Counted from the whole stretch's first letter, positions 1 through 12,193 are shown. The stretch is 63,855 nucleotides of DNA, filler included, from Nemertoderma westbladi (GCA_032718475.1; 3 parts of 3 records of this genome joined end to end with filler, not necessarily neighbours in it), one strand, 5' to 3'. The notes: generated from the sequence alone by a model not told the origin. Numbers and translations are program-made.

Positions 1-516
1 CATAAAATACTATTATCGAAACTTGAGAGCTATGGCGTACGCGGAACTCCGCTACAACTAATCTCCAGCTTCCTATCAAATCGATTTCAGTTCGTCTCTG
101 TAGATTCTAATTACTCCTCTCTTCTACCCTTATTATGTGGTCTACCACAGGGTGGCACTCTGTCACCATTTATCTTTCTAATCTACATAAACGACTTACC
201 TAACGCTACAACTCTACTAACTACCTTGTTTGCTGATGACACTACTCTCAGCCAATCAGCTCCAGACATAACCAACTTAGCAAACATCACTAACTCAGAA
301 TTATCGAAACTAGCTGATTGGCTGATTGATAATCGTCTATCACTAAAACTAAAAAAAACTGAAATGACTATATTCTCTAACACCTTAAACAATCTTTCTG
401 ATTTTCCTTCGATACTAATTAGCAACCAAATAATTAAAATAACAAATAGTTATAAATTCCTAGGCATATACGTCGATAGTAAGCTCAGCTGGAAACCTCA
501 CATTAACCTTAATTAA
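1..516 (+). mobile_element. CR1/L2-group non-LTR retrotransposon, reverse transcriptase fragment (runs off window start)
   Basis: Frame +1 is open from base 1: HKILLSKLESYGVRG...GLPQGGTLSPFIFLIYINDLP...LFADDT...YKFLGIYVDSKLSWKPHI, typical of CR1/L2-group RT. Confidence 0.85.
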
Positions 517-546
517 AACTTTATACTAGATTCAGAGACCAATTAA

Positions 547-1446
547 GGGGGGGGGGGGGGGGGGGGGTATACCCCCCCTCAGGTAAAATTTTCAAATTAT
601 TGTTTCTTTATCTCACCTAGAGCAGAATTTAATGAGGATTACAAATCTGAAAACCGCTTAGTGAGACCTCTTTCAGTTCTCGAGTTATCACTGTTTTTCC
701 GTATGACGGTCTGTCCGTCAAATTGTAAGAAAGACAGAAGACCGACAGACAGACAGATAGACTAGATTCCACTAAAAATTAAAACTGACATCGGAAATGA
801 AATCAGCGACCCCGAAAACCCCAGTAATGAACATTTTAACTCGTTGGTGTGCATCATTCGTGCCAGAAATAATTAACCAACCAGAACACAGACAGCCAAT
901 TTTGGCGGGACGGTTTAAACTTTGAAGGGCATTTTCTCGGAATGACATTTTTCATTTTCAAATTACTACTCCTCCGTCATTTTTCAACCAATTTTCTTCG
1001 TTTATGGCTCATTCGAACGAGCTTTGGAAGCTCTTTAAAAGTTATCTTATGGAATTTTGATAAATATTACCATTTTTTCTAATTAGCCATTTTTAATTAA
1101 AAATATGATAATTAATTAATTAAATTAATTAATTAAAATAAAATTGGCTAATTAAAAATTCTATAAGATAACTTTTGTAGAGTTGATCACGCTGAGTCCA
1201 AAAAAGTTGGTTTCAAGAAATTTGGACCAAAATTGAGGGACTAGTAGCAATTTTAGTGAAATCTTTAATTCCGCCGCCAGCCGCTAGAGGGAGGCTACAA
1301 ATTTTCAAATTTTACTATAAAGGCTATTTGGCCTTCCATACAGTGGTTGACCATGACAAAATAGCAATATTATCATTTAACACTAATTGACAGCCATTTT
1401 AAAAAAAGGTTCATGGGGGGGTATCACCCCCCCCCCCCCCCCCCCC
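547..1446. mobile_element. Non-autonomous TIR DNA element with TTAA TSD and G-rich termini (Kolobok-like MITE)
   Basis: TTAA at 543-546 and 1447-1450. Termini G(n)TATACCCCCCC and GGGGGGGTATCA-C(n) are inverted. RR...YY ends plus TTAA fit Kolobok rather than piggyBac. Confidence 0.7.
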
Positions 1447-1474
1447 TTAAGGTGACAGAAAAATGGTGGTTTAC

Positions 1475-1512
1475 TGAGTAATATTTCAGCCAACAGGCCT
1501 TTATCAAACTCA
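1475..1512 (-). ncRNA. Minimal type I hammerhead ribozyme variant in the Penelope 3' terminal repeat
   Basis: Minus strand reads UGAGU-UUGAUAA-A-GGCC(UGUU)GGCU-GAAA-UA-UU-ACUCA: stem I, core with U3/A8, stem II and a tiny palindromic stem III. Confidence 0.6.
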
Positions 1513-1765
1513 AACATTCAGATATATCTACCAACAGAGAAGCACAGTACAGACTCAGAATGCAATTCAAATTTCCCTCTAACGACTATTGCACCAAAAA
1601 AGAAAAGATATACAGTACTTCAACTAATTTAATGTTTCTAATTTTAATTGCACCAAATTGAAAAATGATTGAAAAAAGTCTATTCTAAATTTAGCGTGTG
1701 TCGTAATAGTAAAAAATATATAAAAAATGTATATAAAGAAATTTTTTTTTGTTTTTGTGTTTATA

Positions 1766-2241
1766 TTACCTACCATCCCGTATCGAAATCTTTAGCGTGC
1801 TGTATGTTAATGCTTGGTGTTTTTGTATGTATATATATATAGATTGTGCTATTTTTCGATCTGGCCAGTCCTTACATTGCCGTAGAGTTAGTACTTGAAA
1901 AGGATTTTGTATTTTTAGACTATTTGGGTGTTCTGAAAGGTAATGTGATGCCATACTACTACTCGATGTGTTTCCTGATCTAACTGAATTACGATGTTTC
2001 ATTGTCCTGTCCCTAACCCTAAGATATGATTCGCCTATGTACGTTTTGCCACAGATGTTACATTTAAGTTGGTAAACTATGTTCTTCTTAATACAATTTC
2101 TACAACCGTTACTGCATGTATAACAATCAGTATTAGGGGGGGGGGGGGGGGGCACTTGGGTTTGTTAATGTTAGAACGTATAAGAGTATTTTTTAATTTT
2201 GGGCCGGGAATTGAGACTAATCTTACATTATTGTGGAAAGG
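1766..2241 (-). pseudogene. Penelope Cys-rich linker and GIY-YIG endonuclease (frameshift at a G homopolymer)
   Basis: KPKC..CYTCSNGCRNCIKKNIVYQLKCNICGKTYIGES..RVRDRTMKH..SSMASHYLSEH (CCHH-type PLE endonuclease). Confidence 0.85.
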
Positions 2242-2823
2242 TGTGAGCGTATTCAATTCCGCCTCACAAACCACATAAAGTTGGGAAACGGCGCCTTTAA
2301 GCAATATTGGGAAGCACGAGGTTGATTACCAATCAACCTCGTATCACCCCCAATAAATGGGGACAAAAAACCCCCAAAGGGCCGTATACAATGGAGGTCA
2401 GAGGTTAAGCCTCTGGGGAGAAGGAAAGTAACAGCAGCGGGGGAGGAAACACTCCCACAGAGGTGGGAGGCGAGAATTAGCATACTAGCCAATGAGGGGC
2501 GAGATAAAGGCATCCGCTGAGCAATAAGGCCAAGGTAGTGTAGGTAACCAGTATATATTATGTTGCATACCCCACTACCGGTCAGTTTACTCAGTGGTGC
2601 TGCAGTTTAGTTAGGGCAGAACGGTAACACTTTGTTACCGTAACCGCCGTCACCATCACATATTCTGTATATTACTGCTATCAATTGTGCTATCTATTTT
2701 ACTCGTGTACCTTATACATATACTCATCAAGAATATTACCGGACAGCAACAAACTCCTTTTCACTCACGGCGGGGATGCGTACATAAACCAAATACAGGT
2801 CGGGATCCTCTGATCCCGTCACA
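2242..2823 (+). repeat. 5' LTR (582 bp)
   Basis: TGTGAGCG...CCCGTCACA; near-identical to 9209-9792 with scattered substitutions. Confidence 0.95.
2552..2588 (+). promoter_or_regulatory. Putative LTR core promoter (TATA-like box + initiator)
   Basis: TATATATT at 2552 and Inr-like TCAGTT at 2582-2587, about 30 bp apart; present in both LTRs. Confidence 0.5.
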
Positions 2824-3759
2824 GTAACAAAGTTACCACTGCAAACTGTGACTGCCAGCCACCAGAAAGTCAAAGATGAGTCAAGAGGGAGAGAGGACAC
2901 CGCCGCGGACCCCGGACGACAACCTAACGATCCGCGAGACCGCGACGCGACGGTATCGACCCACGATGCACACCGGGTTCGTCGATGATAGATGATCTGG
3001 CAATCAGGTGAAGCTAGAGAAGCGGCTAGGTGAGTCGAATAAACATTTTAACTATCTAGTCCGCTTTGGACAAAGAGAGTTGGCGGGTGAAAGAGCAAGA
3101 GGGGTCGCCACCGAACTGTGGCGATCTAGGGGTATGGAGCCTGGTGTAGTGTACATAGGGCCATACTTAGTGGATGCCAGGGGAGTTAAGTTAGTGGGTT
3201 GGGCGGCACTGCATGAGGGTGAATCCGACGGTCTCGTCGGTCAGCGAGAATCCCGGAAAGCGGGGGAAAGTTAGTAGGACGGAAAGGCGACGGGAGTCCG
3301 TCGCAACCGATAAGTCTGCTACATCCTCCGCAAAAGCAAGATGGGTGCGGGAGATAAATCTGGCGTGTCAATTGAGAATTGCGGCGCATGACCAGAAAGA
3401 GTTAGAGAGGCGACTGAGTGAGGGAACCGCATTGTTGGAGAGAGAAAGAGAGTTGGCAAGGGAGTGTAGAGAGAGAGCCTAGGAGTGTAGAGAGCAGGAG
3501 ATGAGAGTAGAGAACGAGCCGGCGAGGCGGCTTGAGAGGGTTGCGAGAGAGGCAGAGTTGGCCGAGCAAAGTTTACGAGAGGACAGAGAGAGAGAGATAG
3601 AGGCAAAGCGTGTGCGGGATGATTTGCATGCCAGCCTAAGGGGGCTTATGCAATAACAAGCCAAACAGAAACGCCAACTAGAACTGGCGCAGTTGGGACT
3701 ATCAGAGAGTGCGGCTGGCTCGGGTAGTGTTTACGAGGAGCCAGAAGTAGTGAAAACGT

Positions 3760-6700
3760 TTGTTAATACCCCACTTACAAGCACCGGGCGACAGAACCAG
3801 AACTGGTGTAGCCGTACGGGGGGGGGGGGGGGGTAATAATAATACGTTAGAAGTAATTAATATTAATAGTACCGTAGTGGATAACCCTAATCAAACCTTT
3901 ATTGCAGATAATAACCCTTTACCTGGTAGTAGTAATTTAAATTTAAATATGAATAATTCAAATAATAATTCTAATTCAAATATTCAAAATAATCCGAATA
4001 ATATTAATTCAAATATTCCAAATAATTCGAATAATAATTTAAATTTAGAAAATAATAATAATTCTAATTTAAATAAATTAAATAATAATATTGATAATGG
4101 GGCTATTAATACTAATGTAGGAGACACAGATGGTCCGGCCAACGGTAGCCTGCAAGGCAACGCAGTTAGTGCGCAGAGAGTAGCGGGGGCGAGAGACCCC
4201 AACGGGGGCCTGCAAGGCCACGTAGTTAGGCAGGGAGCGTCGGGCGTGAGTCAACCCGACGGGGGCCTGCCAGGCCACGCAGTTGCACAGGGAGAGGCGG
4301 GGGTGAGTAGACCCAGCCGCAGTAGAGACAGTGCGTCGACTAGAGAGGGGTGTAGAAGCGAAGTAAGAGGTAGTGAAGTTAGAAGTGGCGAGTGGGGGGG
4401 GGGGGGGGGGCTACGGGCGCCCCACCACGGAAGATTAGTGGCGAGAGAGGGGGGGCAGAGAATGTCCAACAAGAGGGACGTAGAAGTGAAGTAAGAGATA
4501 GTGAAGTTAGAAGTGGCGGGTGGGGGGGGGGGGGGGGCTACGGGCGCCCCACCACGAGAGATTAGTAGCGAGAGGGGGGGGGCAGAGAATGTCCCACAGG
4601 CGTCGGCGGATAATGCGCGGGGCAAGTTAGGTGAACCGCGGCACCCGACGACAGAGAATAGTAGGGGGATGATGAGTATCCCCAGGAGGGTCCAGCTGGA
4701 CAGAGTAGAGTCAGATGTTAGCGCCGAGAGTGGGCGAGCGACGAGACGTCGAGCCCAGTCAGAAGAGAGAAGAAGATTAGTAGAGTTTAACCGAGAGGTC
4801 GAAGAGAGAAGAAGATTAGTAGAGTTTAACCGAGAGGTCGAAGAGAGAAGAAGTGAAGATAATAGAAGAGTCGTTGCTAGGAGCAACCAGAGAGCGAGGA
4901 CGGATAGCGAGCCGTCGGTAGTAGAGATGGAGTTAGGGAGTCAGTGGGGTCGAACTCCGGGAGATTGCCGTCGCCCCGGAGAAACGCACCGCACGCCAGG
5001 AGAGGGGTACAGGACGTACCGATACGAAGACGAGAATAGAAGAGGGGATCGAAGAGAAACTTCCCGACGGGATATAGCTGCCGATCGAGAGTACGGTAGT
5101 CGCGGGGAGATTCGAGATTCGAGAGAATTAAACTTCGGTTCGGAAGGGCACATGCAGACTGCAGGACATACTGTAGGCCTTACTGCACATACTATTATAG
5201 GCCATGCTGGGAGAGATAGAGTAGGCGATAGGGTAGCGCGGACGACGGGATTAAACCCGGAAGTCGCGGAGTACATACCGGTAGGTAGGCAAGAAGTGGA
5301 TAGGCCTATATCGGTACCGGCACAGCAGCATGACTATAATATCCAGGGACATAACATATATCCAGGGGAGGGGAGAGTTATTGCAGATAGATGTATGGGC
5401 CCCAATATATTAACATCAACCCCAGTACCAAACATACCGGTGGGGGGGGGGGGGGGGGGGGACAGGGTGACATTCCCCCATTACAATATCAACAATATAC
5501 TCGAACAGCAATGAGAACATCGAACCCCCTGGACGAGAACAGGTCGTGCGACACGGAAATATGGAGGGGGCCGTTACCCCCAATGATATATCCGACTCAA
5601 ATAAAGTCAACAGATAGGACGGGCGGACCGCACCCAACAGGAGAATCTGTACAGCATCCATCGAACCCATTGGAAGCACAGGCGATGGGAATGGCTACAT
5701 TAATCGATGCATTAAAGACCAGGATCGAGTTACCACCAGTCGAGCCATTTAAATTCGACGGAAGTAGGCCGGAAGAATACCTGCAATTTCGGCGCATGTA
5801 CAGCAACGAGATATTAAGTAAGAACTTGACGCAGGCGGAGTGCCTAAAATATCTACAGGTGTATACAGGAGGCCCAGCATACGACATCGTGAGGCAGTAC
5901 CAGGGCATCGAGGGCGGCTTCACGACAGCATGGCGGGCGCTAGACAGGGAATACGGACACCCAGCCAAGATCATCCGGCAAACCCTGAGAGGTATAACAT
6001 CGGGTGGCCTACAGGACAACCCCGTTAGCATAAAGACCTTTGCGAACAAGGTCGAGAAGGCGTTAATCGTGTTAAAGACGCTAGACGCGCCATACGAACT
6101 CAACGCATCTAATAACATCACCACGATAGCGCAGGCACTGCCGATCTGGCTGCGGAGCAAGTGGAGGAAGATCGCCTTCTCCACTCGGGAGAAGAAAGGT
6201 GCGGAGCCAGGGCTAGAGGAAATGTCAAACTTCCTCAACTACGAAGCCGAGTTGATCACAGACCCAGTCTATAGTGAGGATAGTTTGGGGAAGGCGCCAA
6301 AGACCGAATACAACAGGCCTAAACCCGAACACAATCCTGCAGATCCATTCCCGAGAGTAAGACAGTCGCTACCACACGCGGCCACACAGGGGGCTACAAG
6401 CCCACAGTTAGCTGGGAGTAGGGCCACACCGTGGCAGGGACAGAAAGAAAATAACACCACAAATAAACATAATCCCAACATACCCAGTAGGCCGAGTCTA
6501 GATAACCAAAACACTAAATCGGTAGATATAAACCTACGCGCGATACGTGAAGGACTATACAGGGAACGCTATAATCCAGGATTCGAATGTCAATTACATC
6601 GGGACGGAACCCATAAGACCATGAGTTGTAAGCACTGGCAAGCGTTGCCCAAACAAGATCGTGTAGCCTACACAGACGCAAACGGACTATGTCATCGATG

Positions 6701-6827
6701 TGTGGTAGAAGGACACAGATCCGGAGAGTGTAGAGAAACAGCGACAGAGAGATCGAGACTGGAGGCCAAACAATGGCTACAAGCACGACAGTGGCAAGAA
6801 AGAAGAGAAAAGTACTACTCGGGGTAG
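3760..6827 (+). pseudogene. BEL/Pao gag (Asn-rich and charged N-terminus, capsid-like core, zinc knuckles), split in frames at G homopolymers
   Basis: ELPPVEPFKFDGSRPEEYLQF..CLKYLQVYTGGPA..AWRALDREYG..LPIWLRSKW; CQLH..H..C and CHRC..GH..C knuckles. Frame breaks lie at or near poly-G runs. Confidence 0.8.
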
Positions 6828-7831
6828 TACCAGTGAAGATATCAGGAGAGGGCGGTCGATCAGTTACGACATTAATGCTGGTCGACAGCGGAGCAGCCTT
6901 CACGCTGGTGGAGAACTGGGTGGCCGAAGAGATAGGGCTAAAGACGAGGCCGAATAGAATGGCGGTAACTACCGTCTCAAGTAAGGATGAGGTCCTGGAG
7001 ATGAGGACGGGGCGGTGCAGGATATCAGCGATTGCACCGGGATGCGACTATGGGGCGACCATCGACCCCATCCAGGTGATAGAATCGATAAATATCAACG
7101 CCAGGCGACCAACCAACATTGAGGTCGAACAATATAGATTCCTGGACGGTATCGATTTCTCAATACCAGAGGTGGATGTTAGGAAGGTATCCATTATAGT
7201 AGGAATGGACTGCCCGACGGCCCACGAGAGAATGAAGACGGTCTTCGGCGAAGACAGACAGCGGGATCCGACGGCGATCCTCACGCCGTTCGGATGGACG
7301 CTTAGCGGCCCAGTTAAAACCAAGATTCCATCCAGAGTGACGGAGACATCAGGGTGCATGTTACCAGGCACCGTAGACGCAGAGGACGCAGAGGAGAGAC
7401 CAGAAACGGTAGATAAACCAGACGGGGAAGTAAAAGTAAGAGAGTGGGCGGAGGAGAATGGATTTGACGCGGAAGACTTAGAGGCAATGGGATGGAACAA
7501 GGGTCCCAGCAAGTATCGGTATGGGGATGGAGAGGAGCGGACGGCGAGATGTCCGGAGGACAACCCGGAGGAGTGTCCGGTGGAGTGTCAGGAGGACAAT
7601 AGTCCGGAGGAGTGTCCGGAGGAGTGTCCAGAGGAGTGTCCGGAAGAGACGCCGGTCCGGTTGAGAGGCATACCGACAAGGGGGAAGTCGAGTAAGGAAG
7701 ACAGGATGGAAAGGGATAGGATTACTATTGTACGTTCTGTTTTGTCTGTTCTTTCACTTTCTTTTCATTCTGCCGCCGGGAGACAACAAGGTGGGAGGTG
7801 GCATTTTGATGCCAAGAGACGAGGAAGTTAA
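6773..7831 (+). CDS. BEL/Pao aspartic protease followed by an acidic low-complexity tail
   Basis: VLLGVVPVKI..MLVDSGAAFTLV..IIVGMDCP..AILTPFGWTLSGP; in the -1 frame relative to gag. Confidence 0.8.
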   Translation: MATSTTVARKKRKVLLGVVPVKISGEGGRSVTTLMLVDSGAAFTLVENWVAEEIGLKTRPNRMAVTTVSSKDEVLEMRTGRCRISAIAPGCDYGATIDPIQVIESININARRPTNIEVEQYRFLDGIDFSIPEVDVRKVSIIVGMDCPTAHERMKTVFGEDRQRDPTAILTPFGWTLSGPVKTKIPSRVTETSGCMLPGTVDAEDAEERPETVDKPDGEVKVREWAEENGFDAEDLEAMGWNKGPSKYRYGDGEERTARCPEDNPEECPVECQEDNSPEECPEECPEECPEETPVRLRGIPTRGKSSKEDRMERDRITIVRSVLSVLSLSFHSAAGRQQGGRWHFDAKRRGS

Positions 7832-8059
7832 GAAGGCGGCGGAGAGACCCGATTTTAGGGTGGCAGAAGAGGGAGAACCAATTCCTGGTGAGTTGGAATT
7901 GGCGGAGAGAGTGTGGCGAAGAATAAGAGGACGTATAGGGGGGCAGTGGGACAGTGCCTCATGGAAGAATCGATGGAAGATCGAGGGGCACCTTAGAGTT
8001 TAGTCGTCCAAATTTTGGACTGAGGGGGGTGGGAATGAGGGCGAGACGCCCTTCCCACG

Positions 8060-8960
8060 CACAAATAATTATTTAAATAAATAATAAAATAATTAAATAA
8101 TAAATAAGTAGAAGGTAGAAAGTAATAGTTAGTAGAAGATAGTAAGAAGTTAGTAGTCAGATAGTTAGTAGTTAGAAGAAAGTAAGTAGTAGTCAGAAAG
8201 TTAGTTAGAAAGTTAGGTAGAAGTTAGTTAAGTTAGAAGTCGGTGGGTAAGGGAGTGTGGCATATTGACATGCCACGAGTAGCAGAGGGGTTGTGGGCAC
8301 TGAAAGCGCCACGTAGAAAGTAGTAGTAGAGAGGTTGTGGGCACCGGAAGCGCCACGTAGATGGAGGTAGTAGCAGAGAGTGGTTGTGGGCACCGCAAGC
8401 ACCACATAGATGGAGGTAGTAGCCGAGGGTGGTTGTGGGCACCGTAAGTGCCATGTAGAAAGTAGTAAGCAGAGTAGACTTAGTAGAGTTAGGAGTTAGA
8501 GACTTAGAAGAGTTAGTAGGAGTTAGTTAGAGCTAGTAGAGTTAGAGTTAGTAGAGAGTTAGAGAGTTCTAGTTAGAGCTAGTAGAGTTAGAGTTAGTAG
8601 AGAGTTAGAGGGTTTTAGTTAGAGCTAGTACAGTTAGAGTTAGTAGAGAGTTGGAGAGTTCTAGTAGAGTTAGGAGTTAGTTAGAGTTAGAGAAGCTAGA
8701 AAGTAATAAGTAGTAAGAGTGTTAGATAGTAGGTAGTTAGTAAGCTAGAGAGTTAGAAGATAGTAAGTAGTTAGTAAGTTAGAGACTTAGATAGTATGGT
8801 AGCATAAGTAGAGGAGTAAAGAGATAGTGAGAGGAGCTGTCGACGAGAGAGAGTGCAGACGAGTGCGATTCAGGTGTGGGGAGAGAGTAGAGTTGAGTTA
8901 GAAAGTAAGATAGAGAGGAGTTAGAGCAAAGTGGAGTGTGAAGTTAGAATTTGAGAGATA
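8060..8960 (+). repeat. C-depleted A/G/T low-complexity spacer with internal tandem repeats
   Basis: AGTTAG/AGTAG runs; four GTTGTGGGCAC units at 8290-8445; about three 46-bp units at 8524-8665. Confidence 0.75.
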
Positions 8961-9208
8961 TATTTAAAAAATTGTGTGAGAGTCCACAATTGTCTCAAAC
9001 CGAGATGCCAGATGTCTTGGTGCAACATAGGTTGCGGTTGCGCCAAGAGAGGGTAGCGACATCATACCCAGCGGGAGCGGCCTGGAAAGCCGACACCGAG
9101 TAAGATAACTCCACCCCACACCCGATAGTAGATCGAGTTTCCAGCGGAATTGAAGCGCACTCAGAGGTTGATGCTATCTTCTCACCGGGAAGATAGCATG
9201 GGGGGGAG

Positions 9209-9792
9209 TGTGAGCGTATTCAATTCCGCCTCACAAACCCCATAAAGTTGGGAAACAGCGCCTTTAAGCAATATTGGTAAGCATGAGGTTGATTACCAAT
9301 CAACCTTGTATCACCACCAATAAACGGGGACAACAAACCCCCAAAGGGCCGTATACAATGGAGGTCAGAGGTTAAGCCTCCAGGGAGAAGGAAAGTAACA
9401 GCAGCGGGGGGGGGGAAACACTCCCACAGAGGTGGGAGGCGAGAATTAGCATACTAGCCAATGAGGGGCGAGAGAAAGGCATCCGCTGAGCAATAAGGCC
9501 AAGGTAGTGTAGGTAACCAGTATATATTATGTTGCATACCCCACTACCGGTCAGTTTACTCAGTGGTGCTGCAGTTTAGTTAGGGCAGTACGGTAACACT
9601 TTGTTACCGTAACCGCCGTCACCATCACATATTCTGTATATTACTGCTATCAATTGTGCTATCTATTTTACTCATGTACCTTATACATATACTCATCAAG
9701 AATATTACTGGACAGCAACAAACTCCTTTTCACTCACGGCGGGGACGTGTACATAAACCAAATACCAGTCGGGATCCTCTGATCCCGTCACA
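9209..9792 (+). repeat. 3' LTR
   Basis: Copy of 2242-2823, preceded by the PPT and followed by AAAGG. Confidence 0.95.
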
Positions 9793-12170
9793 AAAGGGGA
9801 ATTTGCTATAATTTTCTTTACTTTGCGTAGGATGTTATCGTTGATGAAAGGTAGTGCTAAGGGGAGAGTATCTTTATGTTGAATTGTTTTCCAGGAAGGT
9901 CCTCTCGTTACCTGATAGATTAATTTAAGATAATTTATTTATAGAGTATTTAAACCTCTATTCTTACCCCCCGGGGTCGATCCATAGTTGTTAGCTCGCT
10001 TAATAGCGTTTATCGCGGTGTTTCTGATCATATGCTTGGGATGTTTACTATAGAGGTTTAGTAGCACTCCCGCATTTGATGGCTTTACATAAAGTTCAAA
10101 GTCGATCAAACCATCGTTGTTAACTATGGTAAGGACATCTAAAAAAGGTAATTTATAAAAAGACTTCTCCATGGTATATTTAATAGTGGAGTGGCAAGAG
10201 TTTAAATATTCCAAAAACTTATCCAGTTCATCCTCTCTGTGGCTCCACGTGGAACACCCGTCGTCAAGGAAACGGAACCAGGACTCAGGTGACAAGTGGT
10301 AGTGGTTGAGGAATATTGTTTCTTTAACGTGTATAAAGATAATAGCGAAAGGGGCCGCTGATCGGTTCCCCATTCCCATCCCATGTGACTGCTCATAATA
10401 TTTATTTTCAAAGTGAAAATAACCTTTAGCAACAGCCAATTGTAATAAACCGTAAAAGTCAGCCGTTGTAAGACCGAACATGTTTATTTCATGTTCATCT
10501 TTGGATAAAAAATGACTTCTATACCTTCAGGAATAGGGATATTGGTGTAAAGGTTAACAATGTCCGTACTGAAAATAATATCACCCGGTTGCATTGGTGG
10601 TAATTTTTTAACCCTGTTTATAAAGTCTATGGTGTTCCTTAAATGTTCTGGAACAAACTCAGCAGCCTGTGTTAAAATTTGCGCAATGAGCCACGCCGGT
10701 TTCTCTAAAATAGAACCCGTGCAGGACGAAATTGGCCGCATTGGATTACCGATTTTGTGAATTTTTGGAATTCCATATAGTTCTGGAACTCGGGGTTTAA
10801 CAGTTACAAATGAACTGGTTAATGTGTCAGGCATTGATCTACACAAAATAGATTTGATGCCGGAGTTAGTCTCTGCTGTAATACGTGGGGTTGGATCGCG
10901 TGGTAACACTTTATATGCGTTAGTGTCGCTAAGTATGTCGCTATGGATTTTATCAACATAACTGTTCCTGTCGAATACCGCAAAACCGCCACTCTTATCG
11001 GCTTTCTTAATAACGATGTTCTTCGACTTTGAGAGTTTATCCAGTGCTCTTCGCTCATCCGTGGTTAGGTTATCCTTATCGGGATGAGGGGTGAAATGAC
11101 TATGATACTGGTATATTCCCAGAATATTAGTTTTAAGTTCGAGCAAATCTCGTTCACCCCGTGGGGTAGTTTGCTGAGGTTTACATTTAATAATGTCCGG
11201 GAAAGGAACTCCTCCAAGAGAATTGCGTATTTGTGGGGTTGTAGGTTGCGTTGAGGTGCTGGCGGGTGTTACTGTTGGTGTTGTGGTGCTGGGTGCTACG
11301 GGTTGCGATGTGGTGGTAGGAGGTGCGGGTTGCGTTGTTGTGCTGGGTGCTGCAGGTTGCGATGTGGTGGTAGGAGGTGCGGGTTGTGTTGTTGTGCTGG
11401 GTGCTACGGGTTGTGATGTGGTGGTAGGAGGTGCGGGTTGCATTGTTGCGCTGGGTGCTGCGAGTTGCGTTGTTGTGGTTGGTGTTGGTTGCGGGGTAGT
11501 GTTGTTTGTTCTGCGTTGCAAAGAAACCTGTCGTTGTTCTTCTATCGAATCCTTCCAGCGAATACCATAGGCAAATCATTCTAACGCTATTTCGGCATCT
11601 ATCAAGACTTTGTCGTCAATTTGCCGGGTTGGAGCAAATTGCGGCCCCTTACCTAGTAGACTCTGTGTCGCAGTTGGAAGTGGTTCCGTTGTTAATATAC
11701 TAACCCTAGGTTTAGACGGCGAGATCGAAGTGTGTGTAGACGGCGAGATCGAAGTGTGTGTAGATGGCGAGATCGAAGTGTGAGTTCGTGCTATTGGTGT
11801 CGTGCACGTGTGTAAACGTTTCAGTTTATCGCGATGTATATTTGTAGTTTCAACTGAACTTCTTCCTCTATATCCTTGCATGCTGCGTAGATCGGGTGTG
11901 TAATTGCGTTACTTAAATTCCAGCTAGCGATTGCATTATGGGCAAATGCTATTCGCGTGGACGTGTAGTTGAGTTTAGAGTGTACAGACCTAATGGCGCA
12001 ATCTAATGATTGTTTTTGGAATGTTGTAACTGCTCTTTTAAAGCCGGGATGATCGATGAACATTTTAACGGAGTTGTCAATGAATTTAGGGATGAATCCG
12101 CGAGAACGGCAGGTGAGTAGAAACTTGTTATGCATCCTGTTCCTCGAGTGCTTCTCAGTTGATTTTAAAA
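9793..12170 (-). pseudogene. Penelope N-terminal domain and reverse transcriptase (several frameshifts/stops)
   Basis: ORF pieces 11821-12135, 11576-11881, 10484-11521 and 9939-10481 give LLGKGPQFAP, NLTTDERRAL, YGIPKIHK..PMRPI and RFLDD. Confidence 0.9.
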
Positions 12171-12193
12171 TGGTGGTTTACTGAGTAATATTT

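Larger units (their letters stand above)
2242..9792 (+). mobile_element. Non-autonomous BEL/Pao LTR retrotransposon (gag + protease; no recognisable RT/RNase H)
   Basis: TG...CA LTRs at 2242-2823 and 9209-9792, AAAGG TSD at 2237-2241 and 9793-9797, PPT GGGGGGGAG at 9200-9208, BEL-type gag and DSG protease. Confidence 0.92.

Noticed and set aside
4393-5461. Programmed frameshifting or G-quadruplex control at poly-G runs in gag
   Set aside because: Long G/C homopolymers occur throughout the window and their lengths are unreliable; sequencing error or slippage is simpler.
11193-11570. Hydrophobic Val/Gly/Cys ORF on the plus strand
   Set aside because: Antisense shadow of the Penelope Pro/Thr repeat.
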